DNA from: a bacterium
GTDB lineage: Bacteria; UBP15; UBA6099; JAJRTR01
DNA length: 45,200 nt
Assembly: GCA_024278215.1 (NCBI GenBank)
Contig: JAJRTR010000153.1
Coordinates: 1-45,200, forward strand
Direction: 5' to 3'
The translations under genes were made by a program, and so were the position numbers. Positions 20,702-30,125 of the stretch are shown in pieces (within the stretch, counting starts at the first letter, position 1; the number at the start of each line of letters is the position of its first letter). The notes beneath the pieces are model-generated. The model saw only the letters and a list, made by a program, of their open reading frames with translations. It was not told the origin of the DNA and made no database searches.

Positions 20702-21361
20702 TTGGAAAGAGTCCTGAAGGCAACACTTTTTTTATGGATGACAGGAGTACTGTGGGGCGCGTTTTTCTATGCACCGCCCGCAAGGGGACTCGGCGACTCC
20801 GCAAGGGTTATATTTTTTCATGTGCCGGCGGCTTGGATTGCGGTGCTCGCTTTCTGCATGTCGCTGTGGCACAGCATAATAGTGCTGCGGAGCGGCAACC
20901 GTATGAGCGATATTAAAGCGGAAGTTGCGGCACGTATGGGACTGGTGTTCTGTGTGTTCGCAACTGTTACAGGCGCGATATTCGCAAAATCCGCATGGAA
21001 CAGCTACTGGAACTGGGACCCGCGCGAAACGTCGATAGTCGTGCTGCTGCTGGTCTACATGGCATATTTCGGACTTCGCTCGGCCATCGACGACCCGGAC
21101 AAACGCGCGCGACTCGCCGCTGTCTATGCGATACTTGCATTCTGCGTGATGCCGTTCCTCGTGTTCGTGCTGCCTCGCATTACTATCAGCCTGCACCCCG
21201 ACCCGCTTATCAACTCGGAAGGACAGCAGAACATCGACCAGAAAATGCGAATTGTGCTTTTCGCTGCAATTGCGGGCTTTACGGGACTGTACGCATGGAT
21301 GTACAACCTGACGGTCAGGATCGAAAGGCTTGTGAGAAAAAAGGAGGGCGAGGATGTCTGA
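20702..21361 (+). CDS. ccmC: Heme handling protein CcmC
   Basis: FFHVPAAW, WWD motif WNSYWNWDPRET, SLHP. Confidence 0.93.
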   Translation: MERVLKATLFLWMTGVLWGAFFYAPPARGLGDSARVIFFHVPAAWIAVLAFCMSLWHSIIVLRSGNRMSDIKAEVAARMGLVFCVFATVTGAIFAKSAWNSYWNWDPRETSIVVLLLVYMAYFGLRSAIDDPDKRARLAAVYAILAFCVMPFLVFVLPRITISLHPDPLINSEGQQNIDQKMRIVLFAAIAGFTGLYAWMYNLTVRIERLVRKKEGEDV

Positions 21362-21458
21362 CTGGAGTACGGTTTTCGCGGTTTCCGTTGTGCTTTTTCT
21401 GGGGATTTTCGTGTATCTTTTATACCTGGATATGAAAGTAAGGAAACTGGAGAAATAA
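21354..21458 (+). CDS. ccmD: CcmD-like single-TM protein (34 aa), not in ORF track
   Basis: MSDWSTVFAVSVVLFLGIFVYLLYLDMKVRKLEK; lies between ccmC and ccmE and overlaps both (TAATG); AGGAGG upstream. Confidence 0.82.
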   Translation: MSDWSTVFAVSVVLFLGIFVYLLYLDMKVRKLEK

Positions 21459-21856
21459 TGAAAGCAAAACACATTATCGGAGGACTGGTCATAGTGGTTT
21501 GTGCAGTTGCCGCTGTGTACAGTCTCAGATCGGCGCTCACGCCTTACGTAAGCTTCGACGAAGCGAAGGTGTCGGGCCGGACAGTGCAGGTGGCGGGCGC
21601 TCTTGTCGCCGGCAGCCTCATTTTCGACAAACAGAAGGGCATGTACACATTCACGTTGCATGATCCCGACGGTGCTACAATCAATGTATCTACAAAGGTG
21701 ACTCTTCCCTCGAATTTCCAGCAATCAACTACAATAGTGGCAATCGGCGCTTACCGCGATAATTTCTTCCGGGCGAATCGCATACTTGTGAAATGCCCGT
21801 CGAAGTATGAGCGTGACAGCAAGGGCGATGCCCACCCCGGAGACAACCCGAAATGA
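21458..21856 (+). CDS. ccmE: Heme chaperone CcmE, CxxxY variant
   Basis: N-terminal TM, OB-fold pattern, LVKCPSKYE in place of HxxxY. Confidence 0.92.
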   Translation: MKAKHIIGGLVIVVCAVAAVYSLRSALTPYVSFDEAKVSGRTVQVAGALVAGSLIFDKQKGMYTFTLHDPDGATINVSTKVTLPSNFQQSTTIVAIGAYRDNFFRANRILVKCPSKYERDSKGDAHPGDNPK

Positions 21857-24081
21857 TAACAGGACAATTTTTGGTTTTAGCAGTATTCGCTCTGTGCATT
21901 GCCGTGTTCGGCGCGTACTTGATGTCGATCGGCAACGGTGAAAAAAGCGGATGGAAAACAGCGGGGCGGGCCGGTACATGGCTGATGTTTATCCTGTGCG
22001 GACTCGCGCTTGCCAATCTCCTCGTGCTTTTTCTCAACGACAGGTTTTTCGTCAAATACGTTTATGAAAACAGTTCGACCACAATGCCCGTGCTCTATAA
22101 GATTTCCGCGGTGTGGGCCGGTCAGGACGGCACATTCCTGCTCTGGCTTTTTTTCCTGACACTGACGAGCGTGTTGATGCTCCGTTCCCGCGTTGACAAC
22201 GAAAGCCGTGTGATGCTGTTCATGAAGGCGCTGGAACTGGTGATGTGTGTTCTGCTGATCCAGAAATCACCATTCATGCTGCTCGGCGGCGGTGCGACAC
22301 CGGCGGAAGGCTCCGGCATGAATCCATTGCTGATGAACCCCTGGATGGCGATCCACCCACCGGTGGTTTTCCTCGGCTTCGCGCTCACCGCGGCACCTTT
22401 CGTGATATTTTTGGGTTCGGTGTCCAAGGGCGATGCAACAGGCTGGACACGAAAAGCGAGGCCCTGGGCTATCGCCGCCCTTAGCATACTGGGCGCGGGC
22501 ATATTCCTCGGCTGCTACTGGTCATACGAAGTGCTGGGCTGGGGCGGCTACTGGGCGTGGGATCCCGTCGAGAACGCTTCTCTATTCCCCTGGATTGCGT
22601 TATGCGCACTTATTCACGGCATGATTCTGCAAACCTATCGCCGCAACTATGCTTTCTGGAACGGCGTCATGGTCACCATTGCTTACGTAATGGTCATCTT
22701 CAGCACATTCCTGACACGCAGCGGCATACTCGCCGATTTCTCTCTCCACTCATTCTCCGGTCTCGAACTCTATTACCCGCTTCTCACGGCTCTTGCAGGC
22801 ACGGCCCTGCTCGGTATCGTGATGCTTGTGAGGCAACTCGGGCTGGCGGTTGATCTGTCCGGCGAGACCAGGGGCAACCCGATGAAGCCGCTGCTCCTGA
22901 CATGGTCGATATACTTTTTCTGGATATTCTTCCTCTTTGTTTTCATCGGAACGACGTACCCGATTTTCGCAAAGATCATGGGCGCACAGCCTTCACCGGT
23001 ACAGGGCGGCTACTACAACAACACATCGGTCGTCGCGGGGATACCGATCGCGCTGCTCCTGACGGTTTGCCCAATATTATTCGGTCGTCGATCAGGCAAA
23101 GGCCTGCCGTGGTCGATGATCGCGCTATCAGTCGCGGGTGGCTGCGTCGCGGCATATTTGACGTATATCACTAAAACAGTGCATCCGGCGGTTGTGGCTC
23201 TTGCGTTTGTCGCGGCATCCGCCACAGTTGCAAATACATGGTGTTTCTTCAGCCACATACTCGCGCGTCGTATGCGGTTTACCAGCTATCTGTCACACAT
23301 CGGTGCGGCGGCGCTCATCGCTGGTTTCGTCCTTTCTTCAGTGGCATCACGGCAGGACAGGATTGTGCTGACACGCGGCGAGACAACGTCGGCATTCGGC
23401 TACAATGTTACACTTTCCGGCCTGAGTCCGACGGACACAGGCGCTCTGGCTGAATTCACAATTGAAAAAAATAAAAAATCATTCAAAGAAAATCTTGATT
23501 TCGTAAAGGATTCCATGCACAGAGTAAAACTTAATGTTCCTGCAATTCACCACAGCGCCTCCGGAGACGTATATCTATCGCCTGTGCAGATAATGCTGCT
23601 CGACTCGCAGGCAAGCGACGGCAGCGGCGAAAGCGTCATGATCGAACGCGGCAACACTTATGAAACAAAGAGCGGGCTTGAGATCACTTTCGTGAAATTC
23701 GATCTGGCGAGGATGCAGGAAATGGGCGTTGTAGGAATTGTGCTCGCGGTAAAGTTTGAAGACAGCGAACAACAGATAGTCATCGACTACGGCCCCGGTG
23801 CCGCCGAACCGGAAAAACAAAAGGTGCGTCTGCAAATAGCGCCTTTCGAGATAAGCGTGTCTTCAATAGAAGCGGCATCGGCGCGTGTGCGGCTCGAAGT
23901 GAGAAACACGAATGCAGAGACGAAACCGGAGAAAGAAAAACAGAAACAGGATGTCGCGGTAATGTTCCAGTTCAGCGTGAAGCCCTATATAGGACTGGTA
24001 TGGATGGGTATGCTGCTGCTGACCGGCGGTTCGTTGCTTGCAGTGTGGCGAAGAAGTCCGGCTGGAAAAACAAAAAACTGA
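21853..24081 (+). CDS. ccmF: Cytochrome c synthase CcmF
   Basis: WAGQDG, GMNPLL, IHPP, WSYEVLGWGGYWAWDPVENAS, TFLTRSG, SLHSF, HIG, KPYIGLVW. Confidence 0.95.
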   Translation: MITGQFLVLAVFALCIAVFGAYLMSIGNGEKSGWKTAGRAGTWLMFILCGLALANLLVLFLNDRFFVKYVYENSSTTMPVLYKISAVWAGQDGTFLLWLFFLTLTSVLMLRSRVDNESRVMLFMKALELVMCVLLIQKSPFMLLGGGATPAEGSGMNPLLMNPWMAIHPPVVFLGFALTAAPFVIFLGSVSKGDATGWTRKARPWAIAALSILGAGIFLGCYWSYEVLGWGGYWAWDPVENASLFPWIALCALIHGMILQTYRRNYAFWNGVMVTIAYVMVIFSTFLTRSGILADFSLHSFSGLELYYPLLTALAGTALLGIVMLVRQLGLAVDLSGETRGNPMKPLLLTWSIYFFWIFFLFVFIGTTYPIFAKIMGAQPSPVQGGYYNNTSVVAGIPIALLLTVCPILFGRRSGKGLPWSMIALSVAGGCVAAYLTYITKTVHPAVVALAFVAASATVANTWCFFSHILARRMRFTSYLSHIGAAALIAGFVLSSVASRQDRIVLTRGETTSAFGYNVTLSGLSPTDTGALAEFTIEKNKKSFKENLDFVKDSMHRVKLNVPAIHHSASGDVYLSPVQIMLLDSQASDGSGESVMIERGNTYETKSGLEITFVKFDLARMQEMGVVGIVLAVKFEDSEQQIVIDYGPGAAEPEKQKVRLQIAPFEISVSSIEAASARVRLEVRNTNAETKPEKEKQKQDVAVMFQFSVKPYIGLVWMGMLLLTGGSLLAVWRRSPAGKTKN

Positions 24082-24106
24082 AGACGGCGGATGTTTATTT
24101 AATGCG

Positions 24107-24781
24107 ATGACTGAAGAAATAAAAGAGACAAGAAAAAAACTGATCGGAGACTTGCACAGGCTCCGGCCTTACATGAGAAGTGAGTACAGGGCAATGCTCG
24201 GCGATGCCGGCATACCCGAGATGGACGAAAAATTATATCGCGAAAAAGTATTCGACTTCGAGCGCGCCCCCCATGTCGAAAAAAATGGCATAGAAAAAGC
24301 AATCGATATTATCGGAGCGGTAAGCGCGGATGTCTTTCCGAACACTACAATATATCTCTTTACATGCCTTCAGAGAACCGAAGCGTTTCACTATGAACTG
24401 CTCAGACCCGAGAACGAACCCGGCAAAGATGAAAGCCGGTCGCTTATGTTTAAACTCGGTTTAAGAAAAACAATACGGAAGACAGCCGCCATGTTGCCTG
24501 AAAGCGCCCTGAATATATGGAGATGCAGACGGCAGCTGCTGGATGTTCTGGAGAACGAACTATGGCGCATCGAACTCGATATCGGAGAGACCGCCGAAGC
24601 TGAAAAAGTGACTAAACTGCGTATGCTCGCCGACACTCTCCATGCAATAACACCCGCGCAGCTTTCCATTTTTGAATCCGACTCCGACTTGAAGGAATCA
24701 TTCGTAAGGGAAAACGGCGAACCGGCGAAAAAACTCTTGCTTTTCGTGGCGGACAAGAACATATCCCATGCGGCGGATTGA
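24107..24781 (+). CDS. Hypothetical protein (soluble, helical)
   Basis: Long ORF filling the gap after ccmF; no recognised motif; start uncertain. Confidence 0.6.
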   Translation: MTEEIKETRKKLIGDLHRLRPYMRSEYRAMLGDAGIPEMDEKLYREKVFDFERAPHVEKNGIEKAIDIIGAVSADVFPNTTIYLFTCLQRTEAFHYELLRPENEPGKDESRSLMFKLGLRKTIRKTAAMLPESALNIWRCRRQLLDVLENELWRIELDIGETAEAEKVTKLRMLADTLHAITPAQLSIFESDSDLKESFVRENGEPAKKLLLFVADKNISHAAD

Positions 24782-24933
24782 CACTTGACAACAGCATCAT
24801 TACAGCACTGGGAACGTCGGATTTTAACACCTGAATATTTTGTTCGATATATCTTGATTTTTACGGACAAAGATATAAACTGCACATAGGCAGTGAGCCG
24901 AAACAGTGCACAAAACAGAGGGAGGATAGTAAA

Positions 24934-25122
24934 ATGAAGGTAGAAGTAGACGCAGAACTGTGTGAGGGTTGTGAAACATGTATCGAGCTGGCACCGGATG
25001 TTTTCGAGATGGAAGGCGAAGTAGCTACAGTGAAAATCGACGGCGATGTCCCTGCCGACCAGCAGGAAGATGTACAGGAAGCCGCTGATTCATGCCCGGT
25101 TGAAGCCATCATCGTTTCATAG
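24934..25122 (+). CDS. Small single-cluster ferredoxin
   Basis: CEGCETC...APDVF...CPVEAI; acidic 62 aa; GGAGG RBS. Confidence 0.93.
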   Translation: MKVEVDAELCEGCETCIELAPDVFEMEGEVATVKIDGDVPADQQEDVQEAADSCPVEAIIVS

Positions 25123-25157
25123 GCTGGAAAACAGATATACAACCATTTGAGACTATA

Positions 25158-25190
25158 GCCTGCGGAGTGTGAAAACTCCGCAGGCGTTTT
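25158..25190 (+). terminator. Intrinsic terminator after ferredoxin
   Basis: GCCTGCGGAGT-GTGAAA-ACTCCGCAGGC then GTTTT. Confidence 0.8.
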
Positions 25191-25457
25191 GTTCGTAAAG
25201 GTTCTGGTTTGCATTTCTCCACCAGAGAGAAGGTTTCAAAATAGTGCCTTTTTTATCTTCACATCAAGTTGATCCCACATATTTATCATGAAACTTTTTA
25301 TTTTTTCTGTACATACATAACCCTATTCATACTATAATGAACAATAATGAACCTGTGCGTTTCTGAACATCGGTTCTTCTTGTGAAAACATTGCAGGTTA
25401 GCCGAAAGGTGGATGTTTTTCGCATATACAAGTGGTGTAAACAGGCGGTGTGCGACT

Positions 25458-25814
25458 ATGAAAAAGATACTCATCGTTGACGATAAGGAAAGCATTAGAA
25501 CCCTGATTGAAGATGAGTTGGAGGATGAGGGATACGAAGTCCTGTCGGAATCCAGCGGCAAAGAGGCGCTCGCCACACTCGATAATATCGAATATCAAGT
25601 CGACCTCGTTATGCTCGATATAAAAATGCCGGGTATGAACGGACTGGAAGTTCTTAATGAGATAAAAAAGAAAAATAAGAACCTGCCTGTAATACTGCTT
25701 TCGGCCTACCACACATACAAACAGGACTTCTCGTCATGGGCCGCCGACGACTACATTGTCAAATCCACAGATTTTGCAGAACTGAAATCCAAGATAGAAA
25801 ACCTTATCGGTTGA
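25458..25814 (+). CDS. Single-domain response regulator
   Basis: MKKILIVDD, MLDIKMPGMNG, LSAY, YIVKS. Confidence 0.92.
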   Translation: MKKILIVDDKESIRTLIEDELEDEGYEVLSESSGKEALATLDNIEYQVDLVMLDIKMPGMNGLEVLNEIKKKNKNLPVILLSAYHTYKQDFSSWAADDYIVKSTDFAELKSKIENLIG

Positions 25815-25836
25815 TGTTGTGATTTTGCAACCGGCT

Positions 25837-26574
25837 CTATTGCAGCTTACCTTGGCGGCGGGCTGTTTCGAAGATGGTCGCCGCAGCCGCGACGGATATG
25901 TTTAATGATGGAAAATCCGGATTCGTGGGAATCCGCAACAGAAAGTCGGACTCGTCTTTTGTCAGCCTCGACAAACCTTCCCCCTCGCTGCCGAACACAA
26001 GAACGAGCGGCATGGCGAGGTCGTGAGTGTAGCAGTTTTCTTTCGCCCTTTCGTCCGTGCCGGCAATCCAGCAGCCCCAGTCTTTCAGCTTTCGCAATGC
26101 CTGCCGCAAGTTTGCAACTCGAGCTATCGGCACAATATCCGCGCCGCCGCATGACGTCTCATAAACCGTCTCAGTAACTTCGCAACATCGTTTTTTTTCA
26201 ATAATAAAACCATCGGCGCTCACGGCGGCTGCCGTGCGTATAATCGCGCCGAGATTCCGGGGGTCCTGAATATGATCGACCGCGATAACGAGCGCACCGT
26301 CGCCGCTGTTACGTACGTTTTCGCCTATCAGCTCGATGTCCACATATTCAAATGGTTCGCAGTGCGCTTCGATGTCGGCTGTGCGTCTGCCCCTGCCGCC
26401 GCGACCACGCGGCGAGTCGGGAGGCGCCTTGTGAATCACAATGTTTCCGCCTCGCGCTATCGACAGCAGTTCGTTGATTTTTTTATCTGAAACATATTTG
26501 GGATTGACAGTCAGCGACTTGACTCTTCCCGCCCTCATCGCTTCATATATGGAATTCTTATCTCTTATTATCAT
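25837..26574 (-). CDS. rlmB: 23S rRNA 2'-O-methyltransferase, RlmB/TrmH family
   Basis: DHIQDPRNLGAIIRT, VFGSEGEG, SLNISVA. Confidence 0.9.
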   Translation of the reverse strand: MIIRDKNSIYEAMRAGRVKSLTVNPKYVSDKKINELLSIARGGNIVIHKAPPDSPRGRGGRGRRTADIEAHCEPFEYVDIELIGENVRNSGDGALVIAVDHIQDPRNLGAIIRTAAAVSADGFIIEKKRCCEVTETVYETSCGGADIVPIARVANLRQALRKLKDWGCWIAGTDERAKENCYTHDLAMPLVLVFGSEGEGLSRLTKDESDFLLRIPTNPDFPSLNISVAAAATIFETARRQGKLQ

Positions 26575-27061
26575 CTTTTCTTATCAGGCTTGCAACGCAT
26601 CGGGCCGAGATGCCCTCGCCCCTGCCTTCGGGTCCGAGTCCTTCGGGCGATTTCGCCCTGACCCCCACTCTGTCCGGCTTGATTCGCAATGCGTTCGCCA
26701 AATTTTCCTTTATACTATTTATGTACGGTGCCAATCGTGGCTCCTGCGCGACTACTACGGAGTCGATGTTGTTGACCGAAAAACATTTTTCTTCAATCAT
26801 GCCTGCGACACTGCCGAGAAGTATCATGCTGTCGATGTCCTTATATTCGGGATTATCCGCAGGAAAAAGTGTGCCGATGTCGGGCAGGCCGGCGGCGCCA
26901 AGGAGCGCGTCGCAAACTGCGTGCACGAGCGCGTCCGCGTCCGAATGGCCTTGCAGTCCGTAAGCGAACGGTATCTCGACGCCGCCCAGTTTCAGAGGCC
27001 CCGGCGCTGCAAGCGGATGCACATCCCAGCCGATCCCAACCCTGAACAGATCGTCAGACAT
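26558..27061 (-). CDS. ispF: 2-C-methyl-D-erythritol 2,4-cyclodiphosphate synthase
   Basis: RVGIGWDVH, GHSDAD, DALLGAAG, DIGTLFP, NID, GRGEGI. Confidence 0.96.
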   Translation of the reverse strand: MSDDLFRVGIGWDVHPLAAPGPLKLGGVEIPFAYGLQGHSDADALVHAVCDALLGAAGLPDIGTLFPADNPEYKDIDSMILLGSVAGMIEEKCFSVNNIDSVVVAQEPRLAPYINSIKENLANALRIKPDRVGVRAKSPEGLGPEGRGEGISARCVASLIRKDDNKR

Positions 27062-28157
27062 CTTCTCTGTCCTGATCATTATCGTTGTTCGTGGGAGAGT
27101 CCTGAATGATAGTAGCGAAGATCAGCCGCCCGGCGACAGACTGCATGATGTTTTTGATCTCGACCTCGAGTGTCTCGCCGATCTTTTTGTCGCCGTGTTC
27201 GATAACCACCATCGTGCCGTCGTCAAGGTAGGCGATCCCCTGCCCGTGTTCCTTGCCGTATTTTACGACATTGACTACCATGGTTTCGCCCGGCAACAGG
27301 CTACGGCGCAGGCTGCCTGCAAGCGTGTTGAGATTGTAGACCCGCACTCCCCTGAGTTCGGCGATTTTCGAGAGGTTGAAATCGTTTGTCACGAGCACGG
27401 CGGCAATGGATTTGCTGTAGTTCACGAGCCGGGCGTCAACAGCAGTCGCTTCGCCCGCGCGCGGCGCAGGCATATCTATGACTTCAAGTTCGATGTCTTC
27501 TCTTTCCTTGATTTTTGTGATAACGTCCAGTCCTCTGCGACCGCGCTTGCGGCGCAATCCGTCCGAGTCGTCTGCGATTCCCTGCAACTCGTTAAGTACA
27601 ATATCGGGAACAAAAAGCTTGCCCTCGATGAAATTATTTTCAAGCAGTCCCAGTATCCTGCCGTCGATCAGAACACTTGTGTCGAGCACTTTTGGCTTCG
27701 CCGCGTCGATACGATAGGCCGTCGTGCTGACAATGTTGCCGCCCCATAGCGAAACCCGGCTGAAGATCAGAACTCCAAGATAGCCGAAAATAATACTGGC
27801 GAGAATGGTCAGTCCCAGATTCAGTGTCCTCATGTCACCGGCAAACAGCCACAACGGCAATGTCACGAGAATTGCGAAAAGGAATCCCATCAGGAGACCG
27901 ATAAAACCTGACGCCAGCGCATGAGGAGAAAACCGCTGCAGCGATCTCATTATCTGCTTATGCAACATCAGCAGCCAGCGCTCGGTATACGGGGCTATCA
28001 GTAATCCGAATAAAAAACCTGCGCTGACAAATCCCGCGTTGTTATATAACTCGGACTGGTAATCCGTCAGGTATGCGCGGTTGAACATATCGGACAGGCG
28101 GTAGAACAACAACATTCCACCGGATATGCAGATTATGCGGACTAATAACGCAAACAT
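27054..28157 (-). CDS. Membrane-anchored PIN/TRAM domain protein (YacL-like)
   Basis: N-terminal TMs, LDTSVLIDGRI, RGRRGLD, TNDFNL, TRAM QGIAYLDDGTMVVIE; upstream of ispF. Confidence 0.93.
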   Translation of the reverse strand: MFALLVRIICISGGMLLFYRLSDMFNRAYLTDYQSELYNNAGFVSAGFLFGLLIAPYTERWLLMLHKQIMRSLQRFSPHALASGFIGLLMGFLFAILVTLPLWLFAGDMRTLNLGLTILASIIFGYLGVLIFSRVSLWGGNIVSTTAYRIDAAKPKVLDTSVLIDGRILGLLENNFIEGKLFVPDIVLNELQGIADDSDGLRRKRGRRGLDVITKIKEREDIELEVIDMPAPRAGEATAVDARLVNYSKSIAAVLVTNDFNLSKIAELRGVRVYNLNTLAGSLRRSLLPGETMVVNVVKYGKEHGQGIAYLDDGTMVVIEHGDKKIGETLEVEIKNIMQSVAGRLIFATIIQDSPTNNDNDQDREDV

Positions 28158-28307
28158 GATTTTTCAACTTCTTTTTGCCGTATTAAAAACAAAATACACT
28201 AACAAATGTAAACGCATTATACAATAAAAGCATAAGAAATGGCTATCGGCAACATATTGATGGTCTGCGCGAATACAACGGTAATCACTGTTAATTCCGA
28301 AAAATGC

Positions 28308-28316
28308 TGGTATAAT
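28308..28316 (+). promoter_or_regulatory. Extended -10 promoter element upstream of the mcsA-mcsB fusion
   Basis: TGGTATAAT (TGnTATAAT) about 30 nt before the start; no clear -35. Confidence 0.5.
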
Positions 28317-28344
28317 TCACATATCAGGCAGGGCGTTTCGGGAG

Positions 28345-29970
28345 ATGAATATGAAGTGCAGCAAGTGTCATGAAAACAATGCCGCGTATTATATATCGCA
28401 CCAGTCGTCAGGCGGCGCGTCGATTGGATTCTGCGATACATGCGCGGAAGAGATCGGTATTTTCTCGGTGCTCAGGCGTGTCGAGTCGCTTATGCACGGC
28501 TACGGAATGAAGACCGATGGATTGAGCGTGCTGCAACAATCAGATTTCCCCATCGATTTCGCCGAAGAGTGTAAAACTTGCGGAACGGAACTGCGCGAGT
28601 TCGAGCGGCGCTTCTATTTCGGGTGCGAAGAGTGCGGCATCGTGTTCGGATCGTTAATCAGCAATTACCTGACGCTGCTCGGTGGAAACACGAAAGACGT
28701 GTCTTCAGTTTATCACGGCACACCGCCTCTGAGCTATCGTGAAAAAATCGATATTCATACTGCCGAAAAAAAATTGAACGAAAAGATCGACGCTGAAAAC
28801 TACACAGCCGCTGAAGCAGGAAAAGCAAGGCTCGAAAAGCTCGAAGAAAAAAGAGCGCGCCGCCTGTGTCGCGCTTCCTCCTATGTTAAAAAAGGTAAAA
28901 CCAGAATCCCCGAAGCAGGGAAAAGCGAAAGAAACCGGATATTGCAGAAATCAGGCGTTTTTGCCCGTGGAGACCGCAACTGGCTGATGTCTTCCATAGA
29001 AATCAGGAGAAATTTCAGCGATTACAAGTTCCCCACAAAAAGTGACGGGGCAATGAAGGAATTTGTACGCCGATACGCATCCGGATTGCTGACTGAAAAA
29101 TATGCAAGAGGCCTTAAAACTATCTTATGGGACGAATGTGCGCCCGCGGAAAGAAACGCGCTCCAGACAAGCCTGATCGGCCGCAGACTCTTTCCACAAT
29201 CAAGTATTCTCACAGATTCAACGATGAACCGGGTTGTACTGCTTAATAATATGGACCATATAACCGTTCTTTCGAGAACCGGCGAACAGGACGCGGGAAC
29301 TGCCGTCGCGCAGGCGCTCGAACCTCTCAAAGGCATCGAACGCAAAGCAGACATCGCTTTTTCCAGCAGGTTCGGATATGTCACGGCTGTTCCGAAATAT
29401 CTCGGCACCGGTCTTTCGGCTTCCGTCCTATTGCATCTTCCCTACAGTCTTTTCAAAGGCCGCACATATTCTATTCCAAGTCTCTGTGCCGCAAAATCCA
29501 TCAAATGTGAACCACTCGTAGGCAACAACTTTGATCAGCACGGCTTTTTCAAAATTTCAAGCACAGTGGGTTTCAGCCGTAGCGAAGAAGATATCGTCGC
29601 CGAAGTTTTCGACTTCGCGGCAGGCCTTATAGATGAGGAAAGTATCATCAGGGCCGAACTCAAACCGAGCGAGACCCGGCGCATCGCAAACTCAATGAAG
29701 AAAGTTCTTTATCACGCCACACGCTCCTACCGTCTGTCATATTCCGACGCGCTTAGTTTCACTACTTTTCTCCATCTCGGGCTTGAGAATGATGTAGCGG
29801 ATATACCGGGTTTCCGCCTCGACGACGTTATCCCCTGTCTTTCTTCCGCATTCATTATGTACCGCGACGGCGGCAGGCGATACACCGTCAATATCTGCGA
29901 AAAGAGACGCGCCGACCTCTATGCCGACCTTGTCGAATCCTGGCAGCAGCCGGCAATAACCGGTGTTTGA
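28345..29970 (+). CDS. McsA-McsB fusion protein with degenerate arginine-kinase active site
   Basis: Four CxxC motifs (CSKC, CDTC, CKTC, CEEC) and a UVR-like helix as in McsA, then an ATP:guanido phosphotransferase-like region (RRNFSDYKFP, NNMDH, GYVTAVPKYLGTGLSASVLLHLP, SEEDIV) and an McsB-like C-terminal domain. Confidence 0.85.
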   Translation: MNMKCSKCHENNAAYYISHQSSGGASIGFCDTCAEEIGIFSVLRRVESLMHGYGMKTDGLSVLQQSDFPIDFAEECKTCGTELREFERRFYFGCEECGIVFGSLISNYLTLLGGNTKDVSSVYHGTPPLSYREKIDIHTAEKKLNEKIDAENYTAAEAGKARLEKLEEKRARRLCRASSYVKKGKTRIPEAGKSERNRILQKSGVFARGDRNWLMSSIEIRRNFSDYKFPTKSDGAMKEFVRRYASGLLTEKYARGLKTILWDECAPAERNALQTSLIGRRLFPQSSILTDSTMNRVVLLNNMDHITVLSRTGEQDAGTAVAQALEPLKGIERKADIAFSSRFGYVTAVPKYLGTGLSASVLLHLPYSLFKGRTYSIPSLCAAKSIKCEPLVGNNFDQHGFFKISSTVGFSRSEEDIVAEVFDFAAGLIDEESIIRAELKPSETRRIANSMKKVLYHATRSYRLSYSDALSFTTFLHLGLENDVADIPGFRLDDVIPCLSSAFIMYRDGGRRYTVNICEKRRADLYADLVESWQQPAITGV

Positions 29971-30125
29971 GCATAAGAGCCTGTATCTCGAACAATCCTG
30001 ACTTCCAGCATGATATTTCAGTCGTAAAACACTATCAACATATCACGCCACCTCTCATCATTCACCTCTTGGTTTGTTCCCACAATCAATATATAATCAC
30101 TTTATTCACTGAACAGGAGCGTGCT

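Noticed and set aside
29967-30125. N-terminal extension of the SIS protein in the ORF track
   Set aside because: The region looks intergenic. The AGGAG RBS and family-typical start MSWMLKEIHEQP point to ATG 30126.
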